From Blastocatellia bacterium (lineage in GTDB: Bacteria; Acidobacteriota; Blastocatellia; RBC074): 64,000 nt of DNA. Below the pieces are notes generated by a model, which saw only the letters and a list, made by a program, of their open reading frames with translations, did not search any database and was not told where the DNA came from. The position numbers and the translations under genes are program-made. Where the stretch lies: NCBI GenBank assembly GCA_043775925.1, contig JAYVRW010000170.1:6578-70577 (forward strand), given 5' to 3'. Shown here piece after piece: positions 63,378 to 64,000 of the stretch (within the stretch, counting starts at the first letter, position 1; each line of letters starts with the position of its first letter).

Positions 63378-63594
63378 AATTGTTCCTGATTCCATAGTGA
63401 AAAATGGGGCTGAATTGTTATTTAGAATGATCGTTCCTCAAAATTTTAACCTGATGAGAAATCGAATTGATGACAATTTGAGCGCTGTATCAAAGGCGAC
63501 TCAAATGACTTCGGCAAAAGGGAGGGAATGCAGAATTTTCAACTCGCCGGAATTATAATAGTGCTACGCGCCACTTGTCGAGATACAAATTCAA

Positions 63595-63924
63595 TCATCT
63601 GCGGCGGGCAAAGTTTTCGATCCATTTCTCGGCCTCATAATAAAAAGCAAATTTTCGCTCGTCGGCGCGAAAAGCGGAAGTATGCATTCGTCTACGCCCA
63701 TTAATGATTTGGGTCTCGTGCTTGATATGCAGCATTTCGTGATAGAGCACAAACTCTACCACATACGCCGGAACGTTTACCGAATCCAGCGAACGGCTAA
63801 TCACAATGCAATCGTGATTAGCGTCATAATGCCCAAGAATTCGTTTGGTGCGGCGTGTACTCCAACTCAGCACAGGTCTTGCCAGTGTGAAATCAAAGTA
63901 CTCTTCATTGAGACGTAAAAACAT
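63595..63924 (-). CDS. SprT/DUF45-like zinc metalloprotease domain protein
   Basis: '[10 protein letters not shown]' HExxH motif in SprT-like context. Confidence 0.45.
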   Translation of the reverse strand: MFLRLNEEYFDFTLARPVLSWSTRRTKRILGHYDANHDCIVISRSLDSVNVPAYVVEFVLYHEMLHIKHETQIINGRRRMHTSAFRADERKFAFYYEAEKWIENFARRR

Positions 63925-64000
63925 CGGTGTCAGGTGATAAATTTTTCCAGCGGCTCCATTTAATATTTTACGTCCTCTGGATTGTCTGGCCTGATCTGAA

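Noticed and set aside
61548-63395. Possible PEP-CTERM sorting signal on the large secreted protein, given the PEP-CTERM-type genes upstream
   Set aside because: The C-terminus (…GAMLRKAVSRDVLLEMLKQQEQE) has no PEP motif, TM helix or Arg-rich tail

Overview
This 64 kb window reads as a mostly chromosomal core region, probably from an Acidobacteriota-like genome; that lineage call is an inference from PEP-CTERM/exosortase-type polysaccharide genes, a Solibacter-style secreted repeat protein, and a dcw cluster lacking murB/ddl. Gene calls rest on motif-level reading of the supplied ORF track; no searches were run. No CRISPR array, rRNA or transposase was seen.

Main blocks:
- 1-4.8 kb: Kelch fragment, GH29 alpha-L-fucosidase, purN, a secreted CAP-domain protein.
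- 4.8-12.2 kb: a polysaccharide locus with wzt/wzm ABC exporter, GT4, a PEP-CTERM-type FemAB-like protein, a PEP-CTERM-type polysaccharide deacetylase, and a divergent sigma-like regulator.
- 12.8-15.2 kb: tRNA-Arg(UCG), yggX, lepB, carA.
- 15.2-17.5 kb: a visibly AT-rich insert encoding an XRE regulator, a secreted protein with an 8-Cys C-terminal module, and a membrane-anchored TlpA-like thioredoxin.
- 17.5-24 kb: DUF58 + MoxR ATPase pair, FhaA-like FHA protein + Hanks Ser/Thr kinase, homoserine dehydrogenase.
- 24-27 kb: FecR-like protein, ZIP transporter.
- 27.4-44.9 kb: a complete dcw cluster, mraZ-rsmH-ftsL-ftsI-murE-murF-mraY-murD-ftsW-murG-murC-ftsQ-ftsA-ftsZ, without murB/ddl.
- 45.3-47.7 kb: an Hfq-like Sm protein, pdxA, an Rsm22-like methyltransferase.
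- 47.8-53.2 kb: a Tat-signal amidase, a ClpX zinc-finger-only protein in the clpX position, clpP, tig, tRNA-Leu(UAG), fur-family regulator, cytochrome c.
- 53.4-59.3 kb: a large TPR protein, an ECF sigma / anti-sigma / DUF4097 trio, and a tandem-domain lipoprotein.
- 59.4-64 kb: a Zn-ribbon methyltransferase, GT4, a large secreted PPC-domain protein, and a SprT-like metalloprotease.

Most unusual:
- The AT-rich Cys-rich-peptide/thioredoxin module.
- A tandem ClpX zinc-binding-domain protein replacing clpX after clpP.
- Two small families of intergenic palindromic elements, one built of TTTCGRG heptads and one with AGACAGGAT...ATCCTGTCT terminal inverted repeats.
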